DNA from: Candidatus Krumholzibacteriota bacterium
GTDB lineage: Bacteria > Krumholzibacteriota > Krumholzibacteriia > JAJRXK01
Assembly (NCBI GenBank): GCA_963806035.1
Contig: CAWDWO010000033.1
Location: 30,918 to 94,917 of the forward strand
DNA: 64,000 bases
Direction of reading: 5' to 3'
Below, in pieces: positions 39,445 to 49,451 of this stretch (positions are counted from its first letter, which is position 1; each line of letters begins with the position of its first letter). The position numbers and the translations under genes are program-made. Below the pieces are notes generated by a model that saw nothing but the letters and a program-made list of their open reading frames with translations, was not told where the DNA came from and did not search any database.

Positions 39445-40563
39445 GTGGGTCCATCGATTCTGCTCGCGATCGAGCTTGCGCTGGGGGTGGCGCTCGGGCT
39501 CCTGGCGGCCCTGCTCTTCATGCGGCGGCGCGCGGCCTCACCGGCCCTGACCCTGGCGTTCGTGGTGGTATTGGCTCTGGCCGTGGTGCCTCCCGCGCTC
39601 CTGGGGCCGAAGATGGCCGCCCGCCCGCGGCGCGTCCGCGTGGTGAGCGTGCTCGACCAGCCCACGACCCAAGCCCTGACCGAGGCCTTCACGCGCCGCA
39701 CCGGAATCGTCTGCGATGTGGACCCTTTCGCCGGCGGCACCCAGACCACGGCGGGGCTGATTCTGCAGGGCCGGCTCCACCCCGACGTGCTTTTGGGGGG
39801 TACGGTGGAGATCCACGAGGAGCTGGCCCAAAAGCAGCTTTTAGCTCCCCATACCATTCGCCCCGATTCGAGGCGCACCACGCTCTACGACGATCCCGAT
39901 GGCCGCTGGACCCCGCTCTATCTCGGGCTCTTGGGCCTGGTCTACCGGCCCTTGCCGGAATTCCAGGCGCGGCCCCCCGATTGGCTCAGCCTGATTCAAC
40001 CCCGCTTCAAGAATCGTGTCTCCATCCCCGCACCGGACAAATCCGGAGGGGGACTGGTCTTTCTCGCCACCCAGCTGCAGCGACAAAAGGAGATCGACAA
40101 GAGCTGGGAGTATTTGCGTCTCCTGGACGAAAACGAGGTCCACTGGGAGGACCGCTCCAGCGTTCCCATCTCCCGTGTGGCGGCGGGGACCATGGATCTG
40201 GGGGTGGCCTGGGCACACGACGTCCTGCGACGCATCGAGAGCGAGCGCCTTCCGGTGCGCTTGACCATTCCGCGCGAAACCGGCTTCGAGGTGGGCGCGG
40301 CCAGCATCTTGGCCAACGCGACCGACCCGGAGGCGGCCCAGCGTTTTCTCGATTTTCTCACCGGCAAGCAGGCCGGAAGCATCCAGGCCGAGGTGGGTCA
40401 CCGGGTGCCGCTGCGCACCGACATCGATCTCCCCGGCTATCTGGACCACTCCCTGCCCGACCTGAAGACCGGAAGCGGCGGGATGCACTATGACCGCGCC
40501 TTCGTGGTCAAGAACCGGGACGCCTGGATCAAACGCTGGAAGGCCATGCGCGGGCAGAGCTGA
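39445..40563 (+). CDS. ABC-type substrate-binding protein (AfuA/FbpA-like) with two N-terminal TM helices
   Basis: PDVLLGG, DPDGRW, PAPDKSGGG, P.ETGFEVGAASIL and AAQRFLDFL. Confidence 0.72.
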   Translation: MGPSILLAIELALGVALGLLAALLFMRRRAASPALTLAFVVVLALAVVPPALLGPKMAARPRRVRVVSVLDQPTTQALTEAFTRRTGIVCDVDPFAGGTQTTAGLILQGRLHPDVLLGGTVEIHEELAQKQLLAPHTIRPDSRRTTLYDDPDGRWTPLYLGLLGLVYRPLPEFQARPPDWLSLIQPRFKNRVSIPAPDKSGGGLVFLATQLQRQKEIDKSWEYLRLLDENEVHWEDRSSVPISRVAAGTMDLGVAWAHDVLRRIESERLPVRLTIPRETGFEVGAASILANATDPEAAQRFLDFLTGKQAGSIQAEVGHRVPLRTDIDLPGYLDHSLPDLKTGSGGMHYDRAFVVKNRDAWIKRWKAMRGQS

Positions 40564-40614
40564 CGCGCCAAAAGGGCGAAAATCACTTCGCTTGCGCGAT
40601 CCGAGCCGTCGAAC

Positions 40615-40643
40615 TTGCGTCTTGAGGCGCGCCACCCTACACT
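40615..40643 (+). promoter_or_regulatory. Putative sigma70 promoter
   Basis: TTGCGT-N17-TACACT upstream of the HAD gene. Confidence 0.45.
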
Positions 40644-40741
40644 TCCTAGCCGGTTTATGCCTTTTGCGGCAGCTTTCATGCGCGGCCACCGGAAGCGGTG
40701 CTTCGCCCCCACCTTCAAGCGAAAGACTCGTAAGGAATTTC

Positions 40742-41494
40742 ATGGCTACAATCGAACTGACCCGTCCGCTCGTCCTGGCGATCGATCTCGACGAGACCTT
40801 CCTGGAGGGGGACGCCAGCGCCAAGCAGGACCTGCTGGACCTTCTCGATGGTTCGCGGGAGCAACTGAATCTCGTCTACATGAGCCACGACACGGCAGAG
40901 GGCCTCATCGGCTTGGCCGCCCGGGCCGAACTGCCGGTTCCCGACGTCTTCCTTTCCGACAGCGGCACCACCGCTCTCAAAGGAGACGGAAGCGGAACCA
41001 TCGACACCCTGCAGCGGAACATCATTCAACTGTGGCCGGGGAAGGCAGCGGTGAGTCGGGTGGTCGATGCCATCGAGGGCGCGCAGCTTCTCGAGGACGA
41101 TTCGCCTTGCCGTCAGGCGGTTCACTACGACAACGATGAGGCCTACGAGGCTCTGGTGAAGGGCACGGACTCGATCGGTTGTCATCTCGTCCTGCGCCGC
41201 AACAACCGGGTGGACGTCTTGCCCTACGGCGTGGACAAGGGATCGTCTTTGGGCCGCTGGGTCGTGGAAGAGAACTTCAACCCCATGAGCGTTCTGGCCT
41301 ACGGTGAGAGCCTGGGCGACGTCTCGCTCTTCGGCCGCGGTTGGCGCGGTGTCTGTTTCCCGCACGGACCGCAAGAGATGATCAAGGAGGCCACGCGCTT
41401 CCACAACGTGTACGTGGCCGAGGCGGATGGGCCCGCCGGCGTGCTCGACGGACTGCGTCACTTCGGGTGGATTCCCGCCACCGCCGGAGTCTGA
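40742..41494 (+). CDS. HAD superfamily protein, sucrose-phosphatase-like (IIB), with degenerate motifs
   Basis: LAIDLDETFL, PDVFLSDSGT, DVLPYGVDKG and YGESLGDVSLF; start ATG 40742 after AAGGA. Confidence 0.78.
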   Translation: MATIELTRPLVLAIDLDETFLEGDASAKQDLLDLLDGSREQLNLVYMSHDTAEGLIGLAARAELPVPDVFLSDSGTTALKGDGSGTIDTLQRNIIQLWPGKAAVSRVVDAIEGAQLLEDDSPCRQAVHYDNDEAYEALVKGTDSIGCHLVLRRNNRVDVLPYGVDKGSSLGRWVVEENFNPMSVLAYGESLGDVSLFGRGWRGVCFPHGPQEMIKEATRFHNVYVAEADGPAGVLDGLRHFGWIPATAGV

Positions 41495-41538
41495 GCGCGG
41501 GGCGGAACTCCAAAGACCAGCTTCGCTTGACTGGAACT

Positions 41539-41565
41539 CCGGCCTCTTCACAGAGGCCGGTTTTT
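41539..41565 (+). terminator. Intrinsic terminator
   Basis: CCGGCCTCT-TCAC-AGAGGCCGG-TTTTT. Confidence 0.8.
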
Positions 41566-41619
41566 CGTGCCCTCACCCTGCGCGCGGGTCGGGTCGGGGG
41601 CAAAAACAGGGAGAAGGTG

Positions 41620-41647
41620 GGAACTCATTTTCACCTCGCTCGTTGAA
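41620..41647 (+). promoter_or_regulatory. Putative ECF (sigmaE-like) promoter for degP
   Basis: GGAACT-N15-CGTTGAA. Confidence 0.45.
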
Positions 41648-41685
41648 TCCGTGAGCCTGATAACGAGACGGAAAGGTGGAACCCC

Positions 41686-43182
41686 ATGTTGAACCCGAGA
41701 AACATTGCCCCCCGAAAACTTCGGGTGTTGGGCCTCACATTCTTCGTATTGGCAATTCTCTCCGCGGGCGTATTGATCGGACGGAATCTACGCCCGGCGG
41801 ACAATCCCCTGGTGGCGACGGACGCGCACGCGCAAGAACCGCTGGGCCGTCTGCGCGACACCGCGGACGTGGCAGAAATGGTGACGCCGAGCGTGGTGAA
41901 CGTGTTCACGACGCGCACGGTCAACGTCCACAGTCCCTTCGAAGACGATCCCTTCTTCCGGCGCTTCTTCGGCGTGCCGGAAAACGGCGGACCCCAGCAA
42001 CAGGAATCCAAGAGCCTGGGTTCGGGCGTGGTCGTGAGTAGCGACGGCTACATCCTCACCAACAATCACGTGGTGGAGGGGGCTGACGACGTGCGCGTTC
42101 ACACCCAGGACGGCGACGATTTGGACGCGAAGGTCATCGGCACCGACAAGCCCAGTGACCTGGCACTTCTGAAAGTGGACCGGAAGGACCTCACTCCGAT
42201 CCTCATTGGAGACAGCGATAAGCTGCGCGTGGGCGAGGTCGTGCTCGCGGTGGGTGATCCCTTCGGCGTGGGCGAGACGGTGACGATGGGCATCGTGAGC
42301 GCCAAGAACCGCGGCATCGGCATGGCCGACTACGAAGACTTCATCCAGACCGATGCTGCGATCAACCCGGGGAACTCGGGCGGCGCGCTGGTGAATCTGC
42401 GCGGAGAACTGGTGGGAATCAACTCCGCCATTCTCAGCCGCAGCGGCGGCAGTCAGGGCATCGGCTTCGCCATTCCGGTGAACCTCGCCAAGGTGGTCAT
42501 GGACAACCTTCGTGAGCACGGAAAGGTGGTCCGCGGATATCTGGGCGTGAGCCTGCAGGATGTGAACAAGAATCTGGCTCGTGGACTCGGACTGGGTTCC
42601 GATACCCACGGCGCCGCGGTCACTTCGGTCGTCGATGGAAGCGCGGCGGCGGACGCCGGCCTGAAGGTGGGCGACGTCATCATCGCGCTCGACGGCAAAC
42701 CGGTGAAGTCCATGCAGAAACTGCGTACCGAAATCGGACACACCCCGCCCAAGACCAAGGTCAAGCTCACCATCAACCGTGACGGCAAGACCAAGGACAT
42801 CGGGGTCACCCTGGGCACGCGTCCCAGCGACGAGGAGCTGGCCGCGGGTGAGTCCTCTCCCCAAACCGAGTCCGCGAACTCCGTGCTGGACGGCATGCGC
42901 CTGCACGACGCCACGCCGCTGCTCTTGCAGCAGCTGCGGCTTCCCATGGACGTCTCCGGCCCCGTGGTCGTCGCGGTCGACCCCAAGAGCCCGGGCGCGC
43001 GCGCGGGAATCCAGCAGGGAGACGTCATTCTGCAGGTCGACCGGCAGCCAGTGAACAGCGTGGAGGAGTTGGAAAAGGCAGTAGCCAAAGAGCGCAAGCA
43101 GGATGCGAAACGCCCCGTCGTTTTGCTCGTGCAGCGCGGGAGGGTGACGCTTTACGTCGCTCTCGAACCCAGCGAGAATTAG
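41686..43182 (+). CDS. degP: DegP/DegQ (HtrA) serine protease with two PDZ domains
   Basis: GSGVV, TNNHV, DLAL and IQTDAAINPGNSGG, followed by two PDZ domains. Confidence 0.92.
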   Translation: MLNPRNIAPRKLRVLGLTFFVLAILSAGVLIGRNLRPADNPLVATDAHAQEPLGRLRDTADVAEMVTPSVVNVFTTRTVNVHSPFEDDPFFRRFFGVPENGGPQQQESKSLGSGVVVSSDGYILTNNHVVEGADDVRVHTQDGDDLDAKVIGTDKPSDLALLKVDRKDLTPILIGDSDKLRVGEVVLAVGDPFGVGETVTMGIVSAKNRGIGMADYEDFIQTDAAINPGNSGGALVNLRGELVGINSAILSRSGGSQGIGFAIPVNLAKVVMDNLREHGKVVRGYLGVSLQDVNKNLARGLGLGSDTHGAAVTSVVDGSAAADAGLKVGDVIIALDGKPVKSMQKLRTEIGHTPPKTKVKLTINRDGKTKDIGVTLGTRPSDEELAAGESSPQTESANSVLDGMRLHDATPLLLQQLRLPMDVSGPVVVAVDPKSPGARAGIQQGDVILQVDRQPVNSVEELEKAVAKERKQDAKRPVVLLVQRGRVTLYVALEPSEN

Positions 43183-43223
43183 CTCCGGTCGCCGACGCGG
43201 CACCGGACAACAGAAGCTGAGAG

Positions 43224-43257
43224 AAAAGGAGCGGCCCGCGGGGCCGCTCCTTCATTT
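43224..43257. terminator. Bidirectional intrinsic terminator
   Basis: AAAAGGAGCGGCCC-GCG-GGGCCGCTCCTTCATTT between convergent genes. Confidence 0.8.
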
Positions 43258-43273
43258 ATATAGCTCGCGGACT

Positions 43274-44056
43274 TCAGAGCTTTTCGCAGAAGGTCCCCGC
43301 CACCATGTCGTGCAGAGCCTGCTTGCGTTCGTTGGTGAGGACCAACAGATAGCCGAAGAAGAACCAGCCCGACACGAAGTTCTTGATGACGAAGCGCAGG
43401 CTCGCTCGCGCGAAGCTGCAGCGCGCGCCCTCCGCGTCGACCACTTGAATCCCCATGGCGCGCTTTCCGATGGTGGCTTGCCAGCTCGAGGACAAGAGCA
43501 GCGCCTCGTAGAGCCAGGCGATGAGGGTGGAGACTGCGTAATACACCCAGGGCAGCGAGGCCCAGATTTCGTGAAGGCTGATGTGCTCGGCGGAGTCGGC
43601 CAGAGCCATGTAGTTGTCGAGCAGTCCGAGGGCGTAGGCGATGAAGAACCAGATCATCCCGACGAAGCCCAAAGCAAAGCCGTCGATGATGAAAGCGCCG
43701 GCGCGAATCCAGAAGCCCGCGTATTCCACGGGGGCCTCCTCCTCCTCGGCCGGCAAGCCGGCGGCCTCTGAGGCATCCTGCGCAAAGGGATCCACGTGCT
43801 CCTGCGGGGCCGAAAACACGGGCGCCGGAGCCTCTTCTGGCGCGGAGGGAGGATCCATGGCGTGGGGGAAATCCATCACGCGGGTCCAGATCTGATGCTG
43901 CTCATTCCAGATGTAATCGGTCGCGTGCAGGCGCCCCGATTGCACGAGCTGCTGAATTTCCCGAAAGGACACGGGCCCGTGCCGCACCCCCTGAATTCCG
44001 TACCAATAGCCCTTCTCGCTCACGACACCCTTCTCCTCGCCGGATCTTCCTCGCAT
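43274..44056 (-). CDS. RDD family membrane protein with N-terminal GYF_2 domain
   Basis: YWYG...GPVS and DYIW (GYF_2); YAGFWIRAGAFIID, QATIGK and QALHDMVAGT (RDD). The true start may be slightly downstream. Confidence 0.85.
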   Translation of the reverse strand: MRGRSGEEKGVVSEKGYWYGIQGVRHGPVSFREIQQLVQSGRLHATDYIWNEQHQIWTRVMDFPHAMDPPSAPEEAPAPVFSAPQEHVDPFAQDASEAAGLPAEEEEAPVEYAGFWIRAGAFIIDGFALGFVGMIWFFIAYALGLLDNYMALADSAEHISLHEIWASLPWVYYAVSTLIAWLYEALLLSSSWQATIGKRAMGIQVVDAEGARCSFARASLRFVIKNFVSGWFFFGYLLVLTNERKQALHDMVAGTFCEKL

Positions 44057-44122
44057 GGACTTGGGGCTGAGTGTATCCTACTCACCGTCGATCGACCACC
44101 ACACACGGGGAGGTTAAGGCCC

Positions 44123-44536
44123 ATGGGCGAAAAGAGCACCCGAGAACTGATCGAGGAGTTTTTGGAAGAGGGCCCTTACGCAGTCGTCGGCGCCTCCACC
44201 GACCGTAACAAGTACGGCAACAAAGTACTGCGCGCGTATCAACAGACCGGCCGCGATGTCTACCCGATCAATCCCAAGGCCGAAGAAGTCGAGGGGCTGA
44301 AGGCCTACCCCGAACTGGCCAGCCTTCCGCTGGTACCCCGCGGAATTTCCATCATCACTCCACCCTCCGTCACGGAGAAGATCGTCCTGCAAGCGGCCGA
44401 ACTCGGAGTGAGCTACGTGTGGATGCAGCCGGGCGCCGAGAGTGAGAAGGCGATCGAAAGCGGCAAGCGGGCCGGGCTCGGAGTCATAGGCGATGGCAGC
44501 TGCGCGCTGGTAGTGATGGGGTTTCACGAAGAGTAG
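44123..44536 (+). CDS. CoA-binding protein (YccU-like)
   Basis: AVVGASTDRNKYG, VYPINP and VWMQPG; start ATG 44123. Confidence 0.88.
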   Translation: MGEKSTRELIEEFLEEGPYAVVGASTDRNKYGNKVLRAYQQTGRDVYPINPKAEEVEGLKAYPELASLPLVPRGISIITPPSVTEKIVLQAAELGVSYVWMQPGAESEKAIESGKRAGLGVIGDGSCALVVMGFHEE

Positions 44537-44602
44537 AGCCGCCTTCCCCCCTCGAGAAGGGTGCGCGGCTTCGCCGAGCGAATCAAAGTGAGGAGAATTC
44601 CG

Positions 44603-47600
44603 ATGAGACGCATTCCGTGGACCGTGGCCATTCTGAGTCTGGTACTCAGCCTCGTTTGGGCCCAGTCGTCGCGCGCGGTCAAGCCGCGCTATGAGCGTAA
44701 GGGCAACGAAGAGAACGAGCAGGCCAAGAAGAAGGGCGTCATGAGCGAGGACACCTTCAAGGGTCTCAGCTTCAGGGCCTTGGGGCCCGCCCTCACCAGC
44801 GGGAGGGTTGGGGACCTGGCGGTCGATCCCAACAACACCAAGCGCTACTTCGTGGCGGTTTGCTCGGGCAACGTGTGGAAGACCGAGAACGACGGCACGA
44901 CCTTCGAGCCGGTTTTCGACAAGTACGGTTCCTACAGCATCGGTTGCGTCACCCTGGATCCCAACAATCCACACGTAGTTTGGGTCGGGACCGGCGAGAA
45001 CAACTCGCAGCGCTCGGTGGCCTACGGAGACGGAGTCTACAAATCGACCGACGGCGGAGAGAACTTCAAGAACATGGGCTTGAAGGAGAGCGAACACATC
45101 GGAATGATCGCAGTCGATCCGCGGAACAGCGACGTGGTGTTCGTCGCAGCCCAGGGACCTCTCTGGCGCAGCGGAGGAGACCGCGGCCTCTACCGCACCG
45201 ATGACGGCGGTGAAACCTGGGTCAAGATCCTCGACATCGACGAAAACACCGGCGTCAACGAGGTCCATCTCGATCCGCGCGATCCGGACGTCATTTACGC
45301 CACAAGCTACCAGCGGCGCCGTCACGTGTGGGTTCTTTTGGACGGCGGGCCCGGAAGCGGCATCTACAAGTCCACCGACGGTGGAGAGAACTGGGAAGAA
45401 CTGAAGAACGGAATCCCCGAAGTCGACAAGGGACGCATCGGGCTGGCGATCTCCCCCGCCAATCCCGACTTCGTCTACGCCATCATCGAGGCCCAGGACA
45501 AAGAGGGCGGGGTCTTCCGCAGCACGGATGCGGGAGCGACTTGGAAGAAGATGTCCTCCACCATGTCCACCAGCCCGCAGTACTACAACGAACTGGTATG
45601 TGATCCGAACGACCCGGATCGTGTCTACAGCATGGATACCTTCCTCAAGGTCAGCGAGGATGGCGGGGCGACTTTTTCGCGCGTGCCCGGAAAGTACAAG
45701 CACGTCGACAACCACGTCCTGTGGATCGACCCTGACGATACCGACCACATGCGCGTGGGGTGTGACGGCGGTCTCTACGAAACCTGGGATCGCGCCGCGA
45801 CCTGGCTGTTCAGGGCCAACCTGCCGGTTACCCAGTTCTACAAGATCGCCATCGACAACGATTCACCCTTCTACAACGTCTATGGCGGCACGCAGGACAA
45901 CAACACCATCGGCGGTCCGACTCGCACCAACAGTGCCGGCGGCATTCACAACTACGACTGGTACATCACCCTGGGGGGCGACGGTTTCGGGCCGGCGGTC
46001 GACCCGGAAGATCCCGACATCGTCTATTCGCAGTGGCAGTACGGAAATCTCGCCCGCTACGACCGGCGCAGCGGCGAGGTGCAGGACATCCAGCCTCAAC
46101 CCGAGAAGGGCGAGGTACTCAAGTGGAACTGGTCGTCGGCTCTCATCATCAGTCCGCACGATCCGCACCGTCTCTACTATGGCGCCAACAAACTCTTTCG
46201 TAGCGACGACCGTGGAGACAGCTGGGTGAAGGTGAGCGGTGACCTTACGCGTCAGCTCGACCGCAACGCGCTGCCGGTGATGGGCCGGGTATGGAGCGTG
46301 GATGCGGTCGCCAAGAACAACTCCACCTCGTACTACGGGACCATCGTGAGCCTCAGCGAGTCGCCCCTGCAGGAGGGACTCCTCTACGCCGGCACCGACG
46401 ATGGGCTCATTCAGGTGAGCGAGGACGGGGGACAGAATTGGCGCGAGCAGGACAGCTTCTCGCAGGTTCCCGACATGAGCTATGTTTCCTACATCGTCGC
46501 CTCCTCGCACGATGCGAACACCGTCTACGCCGCTTTCGACAACCACAAGCGAGGCGACTTCAAGCCCTATCTGCTCAAGAGCACGAATCGGGGCAAGGGC
46601 TGGGATTCCATCAGCGGAGATCTTCCCGAGCGCGGCAGCGTGTACGCGATCGCCGAGGACTCCGTCGACCCCGATCTACTTTTCGCGGGTACCGAGTTCG
46701 GCGTGTTCTTCACGGTGGACGGGGGCGAGCACTGGATCCAGCTCGAGGGGGGCATCCCCACCATCGCCTGCCGCGACCTGAAGATCCAACGCCGCGAAAA
46801 CGATCTCGTGGTGGGAACGATGGGCCGCGGAATCTACGTGCTGGACGATTACAGCCCCTTGCGTTCGGTGAGCAAGGAATCCCTGGAGCATGAGGCGATT
46901 CTCTTCCCGGTGAAGAAAGCGGAGCTCTATCACCCCGCGACCCCCCTGGGCGGAAGCGGCAAAGCGAGTTTGGGCGACGCATTCTTCGTGGCGGAGAACC
47001 CTCCCTTCGGCGCCGTATTCAGCTATTACCTGAAGGACGGCTACCAGAGTCTGCGCGAGGAGCGCAGAAAGAAGGAAAAGGAGATCGAGAAGAAGGGCGG
47101 AGACAATCCCTATCCCTCCTGGGACGAGCTGAGGAAGGAAGACGAGGAGGAGGCGCCGAGCGTCGTCCTGGTCGTCCGCGACGACGAGGGCAAGGTCGTG
47201 CGACGCGTGGTGGGAGAGGCCGGCAAGGGGATTCACCGCACGGCCTGGGACCTGCGGTTTCCCGCGCCGGATCCTGCCAGCACCAAAGAGTGGAAGGCGC
47301 CCGACCCCTGGACTCCTCAGCCCGCGGGACCGCCCGTCTTACCCGGCGCTTACACCGTACAGCTCACGGCGCGGGTGCGAGGCGAAACGAAAACCCTGAG
47401 CGAAGAAGTACCGTTCACGGTCGAAGCTCTGGATCTGGCGAAGCTGCCCGCGAAGGACAAAGAGCAGAAGCTGCAGTTTGGCAAGGAGACGGCGGAACTA
47501 CGCCGCGCGGTATTGGGCGCGCGCCGCTCGTTGACGGAAGTGCAGGATCGTATCGATCACATGCGGGCCGCTTTGCGAGACACCCCCGGCGCCGACAAGT

Positions 47601-47929
47601 CGCTCACGAACGAGCTGGACGGCATCGAGGCGCGTGTGCGTAAGCTGAGTACGATCATGAACGGAGACCACACGATCTCCTCGCGCAGCGAAGCGACCAC
47701 GCCTGGGCTGGTCGAGAGAATGGACCGCGCGACCTGGGGCTGGAACAACTCCTCGGCTCCGACGAAGACGCAGCAGCAGACCTTCCAGATTGCGCGCGAT
47801 GAGTTCAAGAACGAGGTGCTCCCCGAGCTCGGGAAGCTCCTGAATTCGGTACTGCCGGATTTCGAAAAGAAACTCGAGGCGCTGGGCGCACCCTGGACCC
47901 CGGGACGGGTGCCAGAGTATCAGGGCTGA
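44603..47929 (+). CDS. Secreted VPS10/sortilin-like BNR (Asp-box) repeat beta-propeller protein (putative glycosyl hydrolase)
   Basis: Signal peptide; GPALTSGRV and WVGTGE; many S/T-x-D-G-G-x-T/N-W/F Asp boxes; GGTQDN; start ATG 44603. Confidence 0.85.
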   Translation: MRRIPWTVAILSLVLSLVWAQSSRAVKPRYERKGNEENEQAKKKGVMSEDTFKGLSFRALGPALTSGRVGDLAVDPNNTKRYFVAVCSGNVWKTENDGTTFEPVFDKYGSYSIGCVTLDPNNPHVVWVGTGENNSQRSVAYGDGVYKSTDGGENFKNMGLKESEHIGMIAVDPRNSDVVFVAAQGPLWRSGGDRGLYRTDDGGETWVKILDIDENTGVNEVHLDPRDPDVIYATSYQRRRHVWVLLDGGPGSGIYKSTDGGENWEELKNGIPEVDKGRIGLAISPANPDFVYAIIEAQDKEGGVFRSTDAGATWKKMSSTMSTSPQYYNELVCDPNDPDRVYSMDTFLKVSEDGGATFSRVPGKYKHVDNHVLWIDPDDTDHMRVGCDGGLYETWDRAATWLFRANLPVTQFYKIAIDNDSPFYNVYGGTQDNNTIGGPTRTNSAGGIHNYDWYITLGGDGFGPAVDPEDPDIVYSQWQYGNLARYDRRSGEVQDIQPQPEKGEVLKWNWSSALIISPHDPHRLYYGANKLFRSDDRGDSWVKVSGDLTRQLDRNALPVMGRVWSVDAVAKNNSTSYYGTIVSLSESPLQEGLLYAGTDDGLIQVSEDGGQNWREQDSFSQVPDMSYVSYIVASSHDANTVYAAFDNHKRGDFKPYLLKSTNRGKGWDSISGDLPERGSVYAIAEDSVDPDLLFAGTEFGVFFTVDGGEHWIQLEGGIPTIACRDLKIQRRENDLVVGTMGRGIYVLDDYSPLRSVSKESLEHEAILFPVKKAELYHPATPLGGSGKASLGDAFFVAENPPFGAVFSYYLKDGYQSLREERRKKEKEIEKKGGDNPYPSWDELRKEDEEEAPSVVLVVRDDEGKVVRRVVGEAGKGIHRTAWDLRFPAPDPASTKEWKAPDPWTPQPAGPPVLPGAYTVQLTARVRGETKTLSEEVPFTVEALDLAKLPAKDKEQKLQFGKETAELRRAVLGARRSLTEVQDRIDHMRAALRDTPGADKSLTNELDGIEARVRKLSTIMNGDHTISSRSEATTPGLVERMDRATWGWNNSSAPTKTQQQTFQIARDEFKNEVLPELGKLLNSVLPDFEKKLEALGAPWTPGRVPEYQG

Positions 47930-47954
47930 GTTGCGGAGATCCCCGCGAGGCGGA

Positions 47955-47992
47955 GTCCTGGATTCCTGAAGCCTGCTTCAGGAGTCCAGGAC
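47955..47992. repeat. 18-bp inverted repeat overlapping the PP2C stop codon (possible terminator)
   Basis: GTCCTGGATTCCTGAAGC-CT-GCTTCAGGAGTCCAGGAC, with one mismatch that would be a G-U pair in plus-strand RNA. Confidence 0.55.
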
Positions 47993-49264
47993 CTTCACCA
48001 CGAGCGCGGTGAGATCGTCTTCTTGACGGTAGGGGCCCAGAAACTCGTGAACCGCACCGTGCAGCGCACCCACGATTTCCGTGGCGCTTCGTGTGCGGTG
48101 CTGCCGCACCACTTCCAGGGCGCGCTCGGGGCCGAAGAACTCATCATCTCCACGCGCCGCTTCGATGACTCCGTCGGTGAGCACGATGAGGATGTCGCCG
48201 CATTTCAGCTCGATCGACTTCATCGGATCGATGGTCATCGTCTCGAAAAGACCGAGCGGCGTGGATGTGCTCCTCAAGCTCGTCTCGACTTCTCCCGCGG
48301 CATTCAGAATGTAAGCAGTCTCGTGTCCGGCGCTGGTGTAGTTGAAGCGGCGGCGGAGCGGATCGAGTTCTCCCAGGAATAGAGTGACGAATTTGTCCGA
48401 ATCCGTATCCCGGTAGAGATAGTCGTTCGCGCGCTGCAGGATCGAGTGCAGGCCATGCCCTTCGCGCGCGAGAGCCCGCAGGTAGGCTCGCGTCTCCGCC
48501 ATCAGCATGGCCGGACCCACGCCGTGACCGCTCACGTCTGCCACCACGAAGCCCGTCGCCCCGTTCTCGATGGAGATGTAGTCGAAGTAGTCGCCGGCCA
48601 CCGTTTCGGCGGGGTTGGTCTGCCCCGCGATTTCGTAGCCCTTCAGCTGAGGCGCTCTGGCGGGAAAGAGCCGTTCTTGAATCTGACGCGCGCTGGCAAG
48701 CTGCCGCGTGTTGTGACGGTCGGCGGTGACGTCGAGCGCGATCCCGACACTGCCGAAGATCGTCTGGTCGCTGGCAATGAGTGGCTTGACGCTGACCGCG
48801 AAATCGCGCCCCCGCCAGTGCCATTCATAGGAAGATGAAATACCCTCGACGGCCTTCAGCTGATGGGCCAGGGGCTTGAAGTCGGGGTCGTTGGTGGAAA
48901 AAACCTCCTGCATGGTCCGGTTTACGATTCTCTCGGGATCCTGTTGGAGCAGGGTCAAGCCGGAGCCCTGGACCGAGTTGAAGCGCAGCGTGCAGTCGGT
49001 CGTCCACACGATAGCCGGAAGACGATCGATGAGACCCTGCAACCTTTGCTGGTTCGAGATGAGCCGTTTCTCGGCCGACACGGAGTGCTGGGTGTTTCCG
49101 TCGGCCTTTTGCGTCCTTTTGATTCTGCGCAGGCGGGTGGTGATTCTCCTCATCCGGTTATTTTCGTTGATTCCGAGGGCTTGCATCTTGAGACCTCGCG
49201 GGCGCGGGGGGATTGGGACGTGAACGGCTGAAGAAGTGCTTCCCGTGATGGAAAGGTTCTTCAT
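47978..49264 (-). CDS. PAS-domain PP2C (SpoIIE/RsbU-like) serine phosphatase
   Basis: PAS-like LPAIVWTTD; AGDYFD, ADVSGHG, SAGH, LTDGVIEA and QEDDLT. Start codon uncertain. Confidence 0.88.
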   Translation of the reverse strand: MKNLSITGSTSSAVHVPIPPRPRGLKMQALGINENNRMRRITTRLRRIKRTQKADGNTQHSVSAEKRLISNQQRLQGLIDRLPAIVWTTDCTLRFNSVQGSGLTLLQQDPERIVNRTMQEVFSTNDPDFKPLAHQLKAVEGISSSYEWHWRGRDFAVSVKPLIASDQTIFGSVGIALDVTADRHNTRQLASARQIQERLFPARAPQLKGYEIAGQTNPAETVAGDYFDYISIENGATGFVVADVSGHGVGPAMLMAETRAYLRALAREGHGLHSILQRANDYLYRDTDSDKFVTLFLGELDPLRRRFNYTSAGHETAYILNAAGEVETSLRSTSTPLGLFETMTIDPMKSIELKCGDILIVLTDGVIEAARGDDEFFGPERALEVVRQHRTRSATEIVGALHGAVHEFLGPYRQEDDLTALVVKVLDS

Positions 49265-49451
49265 CCTGGCGAGAGCTCAATACTTTCTAAGACGAAAAGA
49301 GGAGCGCCCTTCCCCCGGAAAATCTTGGCTGCATCCCTTGCCCCAGCGCGAGCGGGACGATCCGCCACTGGAATTAGCCCTCAAAATGGTGTTTCATGGG
49401 TCCACCCCGAGTTTCTTGGCACCCCCATAGTTTGCTGTTTTGGGAGGACCC

